A program made the translations under genes and the position numbers. 64,000 nucleotides of DNA from Botryllus schlosseri (Eukaryota): the NCBI GenBank assembly GCA_051294905.1, contig CM119377.1:22134001-22198000 (forward strand). The letters are read 5' to 3'. This document shows, piece by piece, positions 12,225 through 25,596 of this stretch; the stretch's first letter is position 1; each line of letters opens with the position of its first letter. The notes under the pieces were generated by a model that was not told where the DNA came from, did no database searches, and saw nothing but the letters and a program-made list of their open reading frames with translations.

Positions 12225-13382
12225 AACATGGAACACTAAGGTTTCGGGAGCCTGTCTCATGGGTCTGCTGGAGGTCGAGACACACTCTCCACTCATACAT
12301 ATGATATGTGATAATACGCCCGTCTTGGCCCCATCAGTACATCCAGTAGTCTAATTGTGACAGTGTTGGCGGTAGGTTGTGTGCAGCGGCGTACGCAGAT
12401 TAGGTTGGGGTTCGAACTTGAATCCCGTCCTTCTGAAATCGCAATTCTATATCCAATATTTATAAGGCTCATTTATAATTCAGTAATCAGTATCACGCTG
12501 CTGAGTTTCGACAAAGCAATATACGATGAATCATTCTTTCCTGGGTTTAGCCTCGCTTATCTGAACTGATATCTGGAAGGGAACAACGAAACTCATTCCG
12601 ATTTGCAATAAATATTCATTAAAATGATTTCGCGTTGTGTTAAATTATTTTTTATTGGTTTTGTTCATCAATACTCCGTCGCTGCAGAGTTAGTTTTGTA
12701 AACTTGTAAGCTACAGTAACGTATTACATGTTTATTGTGTGGGATCTTTGTTTTCATGACGGTGAAAATGTGAGCTTCAGCGGAGGCTTGCGGATTAGCG
12801 TAAGTGTTCCCCTGGTTAGTAAATGTATTAGAATAAATCTGAAATCTTGGCGCAGAGGCGAATAGAATGATTTAGACTAATGGCAATTATTGTAGCCTTT
12901 ACTAGTTCCAACCTCAGCCTCTCTAGTGATAGGCCTATATATACATATTACTAAAATAGCACTTCGTCAAACTACAGTAATCACAGGACTGTCATTTACA
13001 CAAACCACCTAATACAACTTATCATTGTATATAATTTCGCACATGCGGGCATCATGATTTCATGAATCTGAGTTCCTGACAATAAGCTCATGTTGATATC
13101 TGCTGTGATTATACGCCGACTATCCTACCACTATTGCTGCATTCGCTCCGGTCATAGAATAAGCATAATGACGTCGAATTCTGAGAGAACGATACGATCT
13201 TAAAATACCAACTTGATATGGAGCCTAGCATGAAAATGTTATCTTATCGCTACATGCTACTCAGCATGTTGGTGAAAAGGTCACTTCCGTAAGTAATCTT
13301 GTTGGAGTTGGAGTTTCCCGCTTGCCTTTGCTGCTGTTGTTATTGACATCTTTGTGTGTCTCTATCGGGTATAGTCTACTTT

Positions 13383-13384
<2 letters not shown>

Positions 13385-13430
<46 letters not shown>
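13385..13430. repeat. (GT)23 microsatellite
   Basis: Direct read. Confidence 0.98.
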
Positions 13431-13432
<2 letters not shown>

Positions 13433-16190
13433 ATGGGGGAGTGGGGGTCAGTCCATGGGGTTCCCTGTAGGTGACGCACTCAACTTGTACATATGATTTG
13501 TGATGATGCGCCCGCCTTGGCCATTATAGGTTGCAGGCAATTAACCCTGGTCAGAAGACTTCACTACACAGACATTTGGGGGTCCGCGAAGGCTTGTATA
13601 TTTACTGTATTAGCTTAAATGGCCCGCAAGTTCGTAAAGGTTAAGAGCATCTGGTCTGGAGCCAGAAGTTGAGGCTAAGTTTTTACTCTGAAAATCTTTT
13701 CATTGTGCTTTCCTAACGCTAGGCACGAAATGTTATCAGATAATTATCAAATATTTTTCTAATTCGTAATAAACTTCCTCGAAAAGTAGGCCTACCGTCG
13801 GTTTCGTAAAATGGTTTCGGCACCAAAACAATCTCATTCTAAAATTTTCAGTGTCCACGTCCCGTATAATCTCATGTCGGTTTCTGCCGTGAGTCAGAAA
13901 CTTGGTCACGGCACCGAAAACACGTTCTATCTTATATGAGCGGGAAAAGGCAACGACGAAAAGTAAGCCCGACCCTAATAGGAGTATTTGTATCTGATTC
14001 AATTGTGAATCCAGAACGAATGATTGGAGAAATATAGAGCTTAGGGTTGAATTGTTTTACACTACAATGCAATCAGCTTCTCGAATATTTCATGCTCGGG
14101 AACTTCACAGAATGGATAGATTATCCAATGAGGAATTTCTAATTGGAATATCTACTGGAATCAAATCACCATCCTCGTGCAATTTTCTGAAATTATGGAG
14201 TTATGTCTCTACATCAAAATCGGGTATTCGAACGGACTTCTGTTCGGTTTGCTGATTTTTTTTCGATAACTCGTAACCGACCAGACAGCAGTGTTGACTC
14301 TAGTCAAGTAAAGTCATTTTAGATTTATTAAAGTTAAGTCACGAGTCAAGTCTGACCAACTTTAAATGTTACTCAAGTAAAGTAATCTCATATTTTCGGA
14401 ATTTGAATAAATTTCAAGTCGTTCAATATTCTCTGTTGCTATCGCTGCTGCATGATGTTAATGTACGGTTTCATCTGCATAATTGCATATCACATATGTA
14501 ATAATCCACGGTAAACTAGTAAACTTGGTTACATGCAATTTCGAAATTAATCATCCTAATCACGTCGCGGGCTGGATTTATCCCGCGGGCAGTGAAATGC
14601 GTGAAATGTGAGTTCAACGTAATCGACGTATATTGACAGTGATAGTGCATGTAGAATGAAGACTATAAAAGCGGCGCCATCATCATTATTGTGTAGGAAA
14701 TAGTACAATATTTATCGTCTGTAAGAGAAATTTGCCATCAGATTTCAACAAACTCTCCGCGAGAGGACGAACTATATATTTTACACAGCTGACTAAACAT
14801 ATTTGCGCGTAATTGCCAGTCAAGGCAATTATGACAGCATGCTGAAGTTATTTTGTCCTTGATATAGCTTCTGATGGAATCAACTAAATCGAAAACGGAA
14901 TCCAATCAATGAACCGTTAGTATATTGATCACGCTGCTTTGCGATGTAGAACGTTTTTTGACTTGAAAAGTAAAATTTGTTCTACGCCGAGTACGAGTCA
15001 AGTCAATTCATTGTCGTGGGCTCCATAAATCGACCTCACGGGTGACTTGTTTAAGACCCTCTTCCTACTTCAACTTTGCTTTTCTTACTCGTGTGTAGAG
15101 GCGTTTAATAAAATAGAATTCTCATTATGATATATGCACTGTATTTACTTAGTTGAAATAAGTTTGCTCCTTATCATATTGACGATGACATGAACAATAG
15201 TAGACCATATATTTTGGTGTCTCCGATATTACTCGTTTGCCCTCTGAGTAATACATGTTGTCAAACAATGACGGTGTGAATGTCACAAAGCTGTGTTGTG
15301 GGCTATAGGCCTGTGCCTATAAAGAGGTTATGAGTGGTCATCGAGCCACTTCGAGCCACTTACCGAATTGACTTGGGTTTGATTGCCAGTAGAACCGAAC
15401 AGCAAGTGACATATCCAACAGAGCTGAGTGTGGATTTGGATTTGAGATAACCGGGATTGCGCTGGTCAGCGTGACTCAATATCACATAATTGTTACCGAG
15501 TGTATCTCGACTTCGGGCTATAGGCTACCTTCACCGGCGCGATGCGTTGCCCCAACCCTAACACGTAACACCAAATCAGTCAAATTAATAAATAGCATAA
15601 TGCCCGGACATGATCCTCGCTAGATCGCTCAGGGTTACAAAAACGTTAGTTTTGAACATCCGTATGTGTACAGCTCCGGTGACAGTCATAATAGCTTAGC
15701 TTTGAGAATCTTTTGCTTGATACGTGATTCGGTGACCAATGGCAATGAATTGCCAGTACCAGGATTGTGTTCAGGGTTCACTGTCAAAATGGAACTAATA
15801 ACAGGATATGGAATCACAATTCACAATTCACCTATCAAATAAACTAACAGTTATTGCAGGTTATGGTTTACTGGACTTTTGGTTCAGTGTGTCGTTCGTA
15901 TGTGACAAGATAGTAGTGAGCATCTTATCTCGCTTTTACATGTAAACTTGCGTTAGGTGTTTGAGTATTTGCATCCCATCCAGTGTAGGAGCTTCTAGAG
16001 AGCAACGCAATTTATAAGACTCTCCCGCAGTAGCATCATCTACCGCCGAGGCTACCCTGGTATTGCACTTTGATAAGGTTCAAATATATGGCTGTATCAT
16101 TCTTCAGCGTGACTCACTATTAGTTGTCAAAGTTAATGGCTTCAATTTTTAAATGTGATTTGGCGTCGCCTTTCGGCGTATTATCGAGAG

Positions 16191-16272
16191 GTCGTCGTGG
16201 CCGAGTGGTTAAGGCGACAGACTAGAAATCTGTTGGGCTCTGCCCGCGCAGGTTCGAATCCTGCCGACGACG
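16191..16272 (+). tRNA. tRNA-Ser-AGA: tRNA-Ser, anticodon AGA
   Basis: 82 nt; acceptor stem GTCGTCG/CGACGAC with discriminator G; A box TGGCCGAGTGG; anticodon arm ACAGA-CTAGAAA-TCTGT; long variable arm; B box GGTTCGAATCC; TTTT terminator at 16276-16279. Confidence 0.97.
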
Positions 16273-16421
16273 CACTTTTGTACATATGACTATTTTCCTA
16301 TTTTTTTCTACTACAGTGTTTCTTAACCTTCACTAGCCCTGCTAGAACTTTGCTGAACTAGAAGCATTCGACGAACACTAGATTTGGGCTGATATTCACG
16401 CAAAAGCATGATATTGTAATA

Positions 16422-16684
16422 GCGAGATGGTGTAATGGTAATGCGTCCGGCTTCTCGATCGGTAGGTCGTGGGTTCGATCCCCGGCCGGGTGTTACCAAA
16501 GGCTCGAAAATTGGTATCCGCAACTATGCTGCTAAGCGCTCAGCAATCGCGGATGTAGCATGGAGGAGGAAAAACGTGGGTGCAGACTAGATGACCTCAC
16601 GGGCGTATCGCAACTCCGTCGTCAAAGCATCTCGATGGTGCAGGCGAAAAAGAGTATCATCTCTCTCCCCCCTCTCTCTCTCTC
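16422..16684 (+). mobile_element. tRNA-derived SINE, family B
   Basis: A box TGGTGTAATGG, B box GGGTTCGATCC, (CT)n tail; homologous minus-strand copies at ~39957-40143 and ~8130-8280. Confidence 0.8.
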
Positions 16685-18048
16685 TTATAATTATTATTTA
16701 TTCTAAATCAGCGTGACTTCTGTTGTATTGTATTGTTCGCACGTGTCTTTTAAAGTTTGTACAGTTCATGCGGCTCATGTCGGATACCATAGTTGGCAGA
16801 CGTGTCTAGTAACGAATTACTTCTACTACCTCCACCCAAAAAGAACTCTGCTCTGTCTTGATTTACGAAATATTTTTGAATCACCTGCGAGCTTTTTCTA
16901 CTTTGAAAAGTCGTGTAGGCCTATCATTTTTTGCAACAAACATGGTTACAAAATCTCGTTTGCGTCAAATCATTTAGCGTGTCATGAAAAATCACATCGC
17001 GCGCAAATTTTGGCAATTATACCCGGGGTTGCCGGTCCAGTGTAAGCCATGATTCGCCCGGATAATTGTTTATTCCTTTGCGAGCTTGGAGAGAAGTGAC
17101 GCCGTTTCGCTTCCAACTAGACCAGCGCTCCCCAACCGGGGAGTCGCGAATTTCTAACTTTCGTGTTCAATTTTTCAAATATGACAAACACTCAGTGGCG
17201 GCTCGTGACAATATCGGGTGGTGGGGCAAGGGCTGCAAGCGACTTTTTATTAAGATGACGTCACAATGGCGTTTTCCAACGTAAACAAGTAACTTAATGA
17301 TGGTACGGTAACATGAATTTGCCGGCAACAGTGGTTTTAACGTATGTGCCACGAGAGGTCCACCGGTGAGCTGTGACTTGAAGTGTGGTAACTGCGTAAA
17401 CGGCGTACGGAACAGAGATTCAACACGGTTCATGTTAGCACTAGACCTGGAAATGACTAGAACTCGAGAGATAACGTAAGCCTAACTGGAAAGGTCAACG
17501 AGTTCGGACAGATACGCAATTGTTATCTCATAGATTGGGCCTGTCATATTGAATCCAAAACATCATTCTGAAGAACTAAGAATAGCAGCCTCGGAAATTC
17601 GGTCTCGGTACTGCATAGGAGATTTTGGCCTTGAAACTGGAGACTGTAACACGACACATACGGCTTTATTACTGTCTATAGGTCTGCTGCGAAATCGCCT
17701 TTGGAAAATATATTACCGAATAAATACGTGGATGAAAGCTTTAAACTCAGTACACTGTTACATGACATCATCGAGAAGTGGTCTCATGGCTCTTTTCGGT
17801 ATGGTACACTGTCAAAATTAATGCGAACAGACCAACACCGAATTTTGCGCAAAATTTACTGAGGAATAGGCTGATCAAGTGATCAGCTGTTAGCCGCCAT
17901 CGAAAACGAAATAGCTATCGCGCTTGACAGCAGGGGGTTGTGAGCAAATGGCTTGAAGGCCACAATTTCACGGTGAAGTTGACATTGGAGAATATAATAT
18001 CAAAGTAAATATTTGAATGCAAACTGAGAATGATATCATCATCTAAGT

Positions 18049-19912
18049 CAGTGGTTCTTAACCTTTTTTCTTCCAGCGCCCCCTTTCAAAAATTATCGTG
18101 CTCCAGCGCCCCCCAACTTCATATTGTGAGGAAAGTAATAAAGACAATGAGTAAGAGGGAGGGCCGTAAAAGCACTTCGTCAGCCCCCCTATAAACTATT
18201 GCCTTGCGCACCCATAGCGTGATAAACCAAACTTCTGAGGGCTTCGCCCCCACGAACCCCATAGCGTGATTTCGATGGTCAGCAAAGTTTGTGTGGCCTG
18301 GTCGCCAAAATCTCCTATAATGCATGAATGAATAGGTGGTAATTACATATATAAGTCGCTATAAACTTTTTATCCTCCCAGCCCACGTAATCAGATTTAC
18401 CAGTAGAGCTGAGTGAACTGTTGTATAGGAAAATAAAGGGCCCGTAAGTAATAATTAAACATATTCGGGCGTGCCCGTAGGTAAAATTATTCGTTACCAG
18501 GGCCGTAACAGCACTTCGTCAGCCCCCCCCCCCCCCCCAAACAGAAAATGTTGGTCCTGGGCCCCCATCGGGTGATAAACCAAACTTCCGGGGGACTTCA
18601 CCCCCAGACGCCCATTCGGCTGTCCGAATGCTGATACTAGTTATTTACATTAGGTGTCCATTTACTGAGGCAGCTAAGCTCACCTAGACGCGCGAAGCGC
18701 GGAAAATTGCACTAATTAATGATTGAAATTGGTCAATATGATCGGGAATTGCATGTATATTGAGATCAATTTTTATCCTCTCTCTGCTCACGTAAACAGA
18801 TTTACCGGTAGAACTGAGTGATGTGTGTTTGAAAAGGTAGGGCCCCTCAATAATAATTATACATCTTCGGGCGTATACCCGTTGGCAGGAACGAAACGTC
18901 ACTTCGTCAGGCCCCCGAAAAACTTGGGTCTCGGGCTCCCATAGGGTGATAAACCGACCGCCCCCCCCCCCCCATCACGTTGTTCGCTTTTGCCACGGAA
19001 TCAGCTGTACTGTTTAGCGAGCCAGTGCGAAGCGCGAAAACTTTCGATAATTCATGCTAAAGTCGGTCAGTAAGACCGGGGATTGCAAATATATTGCTAT
19101 CAATTTCTTGTCCTCTCTGCTCACGTTACCAGATTTACCGGTACAGCTAAGTGAGATGCAATGTTCCCTCAAAGCTGCGCACGTGCGCAGTGCTGACACC
19201 GTCTCTGCGCACAGAAAATCTACGTTGCTCACAACAAATCCGAAGTTATGACCTTTTTTTAGTCGTTACGCATTGTTGTCCAAGGATCAGCGCAGTGAGT
19301 TGTTGAGTGTGCACAGACTCATCAAAACTTGAAGCGAACATTGTGAGGTGTCTTGGAAACGGTAGGGCCCGTAACTAATAATTAAACATATTCGGGCGGG
19401 TGAACTCGTTAATATGACTTCGTTGCATGATGTTATTTCGTGACCTACTGTCTGCAATATCAAAAAATATAGAATCGCCTAACAGGGATATCACCCAACA
19501 GGAATATCCCTGTCGCCCAATCGTACTAAACTAAGAGACACACACGATTTCAAATTGGTATTTCTTCACTGGCATATAATTTTTCTCTGGCAGATGGAAT
19601 TCGTGTTCTTGGGTTCAGATTACCAAGACAGGAACATTCGGGGACAGTCATTTAGGCGGCCATGGACAATTAAACCTATATGTACTTTGAAGGCTATATA
19701 TAACGAAGTTTTCGGTGTTAATTTGCTCTGAATACTCATTAAGGATATGTCCTATCACCACATCATCTACTGCAAAGCCATTTTTCTCCAGCTCCCCCCA
19801 TACCGCCCCCCTGAGCCCAGCGCCCCCTATATCGCCCCCTGAGCGTTTCCGCCCCCCTTCAAAATCGCCAGCGCCCCCTGGGGGGCGCTGGGAGCAAGGT
19901 TAAGAACCACTG
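18049..19912. mobile_element. Composite non-autonomous hAT (Charlie/Buster-like) element
   Basis: TIR CAGTGGTTCTTAACC/GGTTAAGAACCACTG; perfect TSD ATCTAAGT; interior carries three tandem units of the 29330-30618 family. Confidence 0.9.
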
Positions 19913-19929
19913 ATCTAAGTTAACGTTAC

Positions 19930-20560
19930 CGCAGATACACCGGCTTTTGCGTGAAATCCGCAATGCGTTGTATGCTAAAGTGTCAGATCGGAGCACATCT
20001 CTACCATACTCGACCTTGATAACGAAATTACTGCCCTAATCACTGAGTGTCAACCTTGAGACTTGGCACAGCGTTCGATACTAAAACCAAGACATACCGT
20101 ACAAAAGCTTATGACGGATCTAGGTAAGGAGCACCGTTAAAATCAATAGATACCAATACCGGCTTTGCGTATAATCTGTTAGCGATAAATGACGAGTCAG
20201 CTCTCACTCGAATTAGGAAACGAAATTACCACTAACACAGTTCAGTGACAAACTTAAAACTTGGTACAGCGTTCGATACTAACATTAAGACTTACCGTGC
20301 CAAATTTAATAACCGATCTCAGTATTGAACATCGTCAAAATCAATGGATACCAATACCGGCTTTTGAGTAAAATCTGTTTGCGATGCATGACGGATCAGC
20401 ACACACGCAACTTCGGAAACGGAATTACTACCCTAAACTTTAAGTAGAAACCCTGAAACTTGGGGCAGTGTTAAATACCACCATCACGACATGCCATACC
20501 AAGTTTCAAGAGTTTTCATGGTGTGAAACACCATCAAAATCGACCTATACCAGCAAAGGT
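19930..20560. repeat. Degenerate tandem repeat, ~200-220-bp unit, about 3 copies
   Basis: The ACCGGCTTT anchor recurs at 19939, 20158 and 20356, with co-linear AACGAAATTAC, ACTTGG and CAGCGTTCGATACTA blocks. Confidence 0.8.
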
Positions 20561-21856
20561 CGACTCAACGCATATCACGGTATCCGAGTTCAGATATAGA
20601 TACGATTGTTACATCACACCTTAGGGGCGACAGGCATATATGCCCCGGTTGCTCGGCCATTTTACGAATAGGAGAGAGTATATCACCGTTTCTTAATTGT
20701 GCGCGACTTTGAGAGAATAGATAGTGAAAGCTTGTTATGAGAGCTACCGGGGCAAGCCCCGGCTAGGCATTCACAAAGCGAAAACACAGAAGAGACTTCG
20801 ATTTTCGCAGAGACTTCTCTATGTATGGGCATTTGCAAGCGAAAGCACAAGAAGAACGCGGGTTTCGCTGTGATCTCGGTATATATTGAGAGCTGTGCGT
20901 CTATAAATGGTTAAATTGTTAGTGAACAAAATTTTAGGTGGGGCAATGCCCCAGTTGCCCTATAGGACGAGCCGCCACTGCAAACACTTCATCTTGTCAT
21001 GATTCGACGAGCAAATACACGTTCTCTCCTTCTAAATGAAGTTGTTTTTACCCCCATAATCGCCGCGAGCCAGTACCTGTGCTCACAATAACTCGGGAAC
21101 CTGATTTTCGTGATTGTCATTTTGATGAGAGCGCGAAATTGGACAGTGTGTTATTGTGCATGCCAGAGAACTGGAATTATAATTCCTTCCTCCAAAGGCT
21201 TTGCGAATATTGATCGGTAAATGAAGTCATCCAGCCCGATTTGTTATTATAATCAGCAAACAACTGATGCCGTGAAGCAAGCTACTCAGAACGCTAACAA
21301 TTTCAAACTGGATATGCGGTTTCTCAATTGTAATCATCTGCTACGCGTATTAATTCTTGTTTACTTGATACACTCGAATTATCGCGTCTGCCTAAATATA
21401 TGTGTTGACCAAAATAATGTATACTATAACTATAACCGTCTACTTAAAATGAGTAATCTACTCCGAATGAAAAATGTAGCCATGATTCGCCTGTATATTT
21501 GTTCAATCCTTTGCGAGCTATGAGAGATGCCGTCTCGCCGCAACTAGACTAGAGTCTATAGCTCTATACTTACTATACTTACTAAGTAGACTATACTCTT
21601 TTAAGATACCAATCACAGCAGGTCGATGGATTATTGCAGATATCTTCACGTGCATTTTTGGCTGTGTTCATTAAATTTATCTCACTGGAAGTTTCAACAC
21701 TTTCGACCCCTTATCGTTACATGTAGGGCGCGGAAATGGTGTCGGAGACAAGGAGGGAACTTCAAGTCACGGCACAAGATGAAAAGAAATGGACTGTGAG
21801 TCGATTTTGCTATCTGTAAGAGAGATGAGATTTGGTTGAGTTGCTGAGTTCCGCAC

Positions 21857-22987
21857 CTGTACAAACTACTGGATTTTCGAAATGCTCGACTAGAACTAGA
21901 ACTAGAACTAGTCGATTTTCAAAATACGCAGACAGAAGTAGAACTGCTCTCATTTCGAAACTAGAAACTAGAACTAGAACTAGAACTAGGTCTATTCAAT
22001 TTTCAAAACTTCCAACTAAAGCAAAAATTACTCACGTTTCAAATTACGCCAGAGTGGGATGACTCGAGTCACATCTTTTTCAAATGACTTGACTTGACTC
22101 GAGTCCCTTTGCTAAAATGACTTGACTTGACTTGCCTCGACGTATCAGAAATATGGATTGACTCGTGACTCGGACCAAAATTCACGTGTCAATTTCAAGT
22201 CATCAAGTAATCGGTGTCGATAAAAATCACTGAATCTTGCATATGTTCGGATAGTTCCGAAACGCTGGTGTAACCGTGAAAGCGACTAATCATTCAATAA
22301 TCGTGCGTTTTACTGAGTCTCCATTGTTCCCTCACAAATAAAATGACCGCAAATGAAGCGATCGAAGCTTACACCTTACGTTGCCGTAAACTAGTATAGT
22401 AAAGTAATTAATCTCTGTTTTTACCTTAACCAAACCTCTTGTTTTATTGAAATTGAATTCGAATATATAGTTTATGCAGTCCGCAGGCTCGAATTGTATC
22501 ATATCGATGTGTAAATGGGTAATGTGAATTGCATCCTATCAATTCGTTTCTATTCTCTATTTTAGCTGGTAACTATAAACTGCGGTTTAGCAGTTCTACG
22601 TATAGGTATATGTGAGCGATACAGCTCCTTCTTGTGTGTATATTTACCTCTATATTCGTTCATCAGTTCAAAATGAATGACCACTCAGTCTGTATTTCAG
22701 ACAGCTAGCAAAATGCAATGACGTTATCATGCCCCATACTTCGAAAAGGCAACTTAACTTGAATTGTGACTTGACTCGTGACTTGACTTGACTTGACTCG
22801 AGTCACTTTTGAAAATCGATTGACTTGACTTGACTCGAGTCAAAATATGCAATGACTCGAAATGACTCGTGACTCGAAGGCAGTGACTTGATCCCAACAC
22901 TGAATTACGCAACTACAACAAGTGAAACTACTCGAAAAACCAGTAGTCAGTTGACCGTCAACTCGCTGTATTGTTAGTTTGTACAAG
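21857..22987. mobile_element. MITE with (ACTAGA)n subrepeats, hosting a nested element
   Basis: Ends (C/T)TGTACAAACTA / TAGTTTGTACAAG; homolog at 51241-51707; TSD not resolved. Confidence 0.6.
22050..22902. mobile_element. hAT-type MITE (GACTCGAGTC/TTGAC repeats)
   Basis: Termini CAGAGTGGGATGA / TGATCCCAACACTG; perfect TSD AATTACGC. Confidence 0.88.
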
Positions 22988-23428
22988 TCTGCCAAATCCC
23001 GTTGCAGGCTTTCCAGGAAATAAAATTCGGAAACGTGGATTTCCACAGAGGTCGGGATGAATACGTGAACGGATTCGGGACTCGTGAAGGATATCTGGTT
23101 CGACAGGATAGCTTAGAATTTCATTTACTTCCTTCAAGTTTTAGGATTTTGACGATCTGCACTTGGTAATCACATGAGTAATAAAGCGGATTCTGTGATG
23201 AATAATATTTTCAAGTAGAATTGAAAATAGCTAAATTATAGCCACATGGTGCTGTAGTGCAAGTATGCAAGTGCAAGTAAAGTAGAGCCTCCTTTATTAC
23301 TGACCACGCTCTTAGTGAAAAGACTTTATATTCCCATCAGACGGTACGGTACACGAAACAGAACCTAACTCAGAATTATATCGCGGTCACATAGGTTATC
23401 CTACGTGCCCACGTGAATACCCTCCTAC

Positions 23429-23764
23429 CAGAGATGAGCGGATTTGAAATTTCTATTTCCTTATCCAATACAAATCCGACGTTTCAAATCCTAATCCAGA
23501 AACTTCGTATATTCCAATCCTAAGCCTAATCCGTTCAAACTTAGAATTCCACTTGGAAAGCCTACATCTTATGCCTATAATTCTGAAAAAGGAACAAAAC
23601 TTTGTCGCCGTTCGCCACAGGACACCAATCTCCCCGAAAATCGGTAAATCCAATCCTAATGCTAACACATTGAAATAAATCTCGAATCCTAATCCAATCC
23701 TAATCCGTCAAAATTTCACTAATCCGGTTTTTCAAAATCCTAATCCTAATCCATGCTCATCTCG
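23429..23764. mobile_element. hAT-type MITE, AATCC-repeat family (deleted copy)
   Basis: TIR CAGAGATGAGC/GCTCATCTC; homologous to the 42505 and 54811 copies. Confidence 0.8.
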
Positions 23765-23838
23765 GGTGTATATTCACACCCGTACATCTCGAGTGGTACA
23801 CGGGTCTAAATTATATAGTGGGAGCGGGTCGACAGATT

Positions 23839-23908
23839 CTCTGGTCCTACTCCGATCCTGTTTTTAAAGCTCTGGTCCTAGTCCGATCCTGTTTTTAAAG
23901 CTCTGGTC
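23839..23908. repeat. 31-bp tandem repeat, about 2.3 copies
   Basis: CTCTGGTCCTA(C/G)TCCGATCCTGTTTTTAAAG at 23839 and 23870, partial at 23901. Confidence 0.85.
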
Positions 23909-24455
23909 GGACTCCTAGGTCGGATTCTAGGAATGACCGCGTTCCAGTCCGAAACACTGTGATAATAATTATCTACTCACAGGATGGTATTGAATATTGA
24001 TTGAAAGAATAGGAAATTGGAAACTCAAGCACACCCTTGTTTGAATCGTCAGAATCCGTTACCTAGCATGGAGCTAATTTAGTGCACCACGAAAATCCAC
24101 ACAGGTAGCGTTACGGGACACATTGCTCGCAGTGCTATCGGGGATATATATGTATCTGTATATCCTTAGGCGTTATATGTGTTGAGCATATAGCCATAAA
24201 GTGCGCTTGACCGCAATTTTACACATGGACTACGCGGCAGTATTTCGTCACGTTTTGTGCACGTCCCTGCCCCTAATGGTGTTGGTAACCAGATCCAGGA
24301 GACATGTTCTGCTCATGCCAGCAATGCTTCTCATGTAATCACGATTTTTTTTTGAAAACAAACATGATTTTAATGATACTCTAAGAGTGTGAAACACATC
24401 GCATTTAAACTCAACACCGTTCGCAGGATAGACCCGAGAATATAGCTTATCTTCA

Positions 24456-24712
24456 TTAGGTGCCTCTTCCGTCCACGACATTGTTCGGTTGCTTTGTGCT
24501 TTTTCGTTTCATTCGTCCGCTTGCAGTGCCTTGCGAATGTCGTTTTTTCGTCGAGTAGTTTTTGATTGTAACGCTTGTTAAGCACGGAAGCTTGAATATC
24601 ATGCTTTTGCAGGCCTGCTGCAGCCCGCCCATGTACTTGATCAATATTACGGGCATGATTAAGATGTGTAAAAACGAAACGATGAGAGTGGGATCGATGT
24701 TCGGTATTGGCC
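24456..24712 (-). CDS. GPCR paralog 2, coding exon 8 (TM7, helix 8, C-tail, stop)
   Basis: TCCTACAG|(G)PIPNIDPTLIVSFLHILIMPVILIKYMGGLQQACKSMIFKLPCLTSVTIKNYSTKKRHSQGTASGRMKRKSTKQPNNVVDGRGT*. 257 nt. Total CDS 1368 nt (455 aa); possible ATTAAA poly(A) signal at 24369-24374. Confidence 0.85.
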
Positions 24713-25454
24713 CTGTAGGAGTTACATAATATTATTAATGTGTATCAACATGCGCAATACTGCAGCAGTCTTGGGTGGGCAGTAAATATGGAAATCCACT
24801 TTTTTAATTACTCAAGCAATTTTCCACTACTTTAAGTACTTGCCGAAACAAATCGATTTTTACCATACTTCTACTTCGTAATATTTTGTGATTTACTTAG
24901 TTAGTTTCCGGCATTTACAGTTTGTCAAGTAGAGGTATTATGTTGTTCAAATCACCGAGAGATAGAGAGACAGAGAGAGGCAGAGATTGGGAAATTCGGG
25001 CGCTATAAGTTATCAAGGAGTACCAACAAGACTTTATTGTTCACAAGCATTGATGGAAGTCGAGAATTGTCGTTGTGCTTCCCGAAATGTATATGGAGTG
25101 ACAAATGTGTTTTCATGAAAGCTTCGTGAATTTCGACAATTATTTTCGCCCATACGACATGTTTCATCACAGTAAATATGAAGCAGCAAAACTAAAGTTT
25201 AGAACCGATTTTCCATTGAAAACTATCATTGCATCCCGTGATGCGGTCGAATTCGTACGCTGTGAAACATGTATTGTATATTTCCCAGCTCTCTTCATCG
25301 TCCGCATAAATCAGAGATTCCAGCTTTTCACAGTACATCAGAGAGGTATTTATGACGGCATTTCAGAACTACTAGCGAGTTTGCGAGCTACAAAGTTTGA
25401 CCCAACGGGTATATAGTGTGGTCTCAAGATTACTGCATATGTATGCATACAAAC

Positions 25455-25596
25455 CTTCCGGCGCAAGTACATCCACGACACTTGCCGTTATGAATGGAGT
25501 CACTGACAAAATCACGATCACGGTAAGTGCAATCAGAAGCTTCACTGTGGAGTGAAATGACACATGCGTGCAGCAGTTCTTCAATCCGCAATCCGT
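25455..25596 (-). CDS. GPCR paralog 2, coding exon 7 (TM6)
   Basis: GTTTTCAG| TDCGLKNCCTHVSFHSTVKLLIALTVIVILSVTPFITASVVDVLAPE G|GTTTGT. 142 nt, phase 0->1; P6.50 retained. Confidence 0.82.

Noticed and set aside
16422-16490. Second tRNA gene
   Set aside because: No closing acceptor stem; it continues into a repeated SINE body and tail.
19930-20560. CRISPR-like regularly spaced repeats (also the 31-bp repeat at 23839)
   Set aside because: Whole units are homologous with no unique spacers, there are no cas genes, and the context is eukaryotic.
21832-22062. ORF with RTRTRT runs
   Set aside because: Translation of (ACTAGA)n MITE subrepeats.
25140-25260. Alternative GPCR last exon after a TTTCACAG acceptor
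   Set aside because: Early stops and no TM7-like helix; 24712 gives the correct phase and P7.50.
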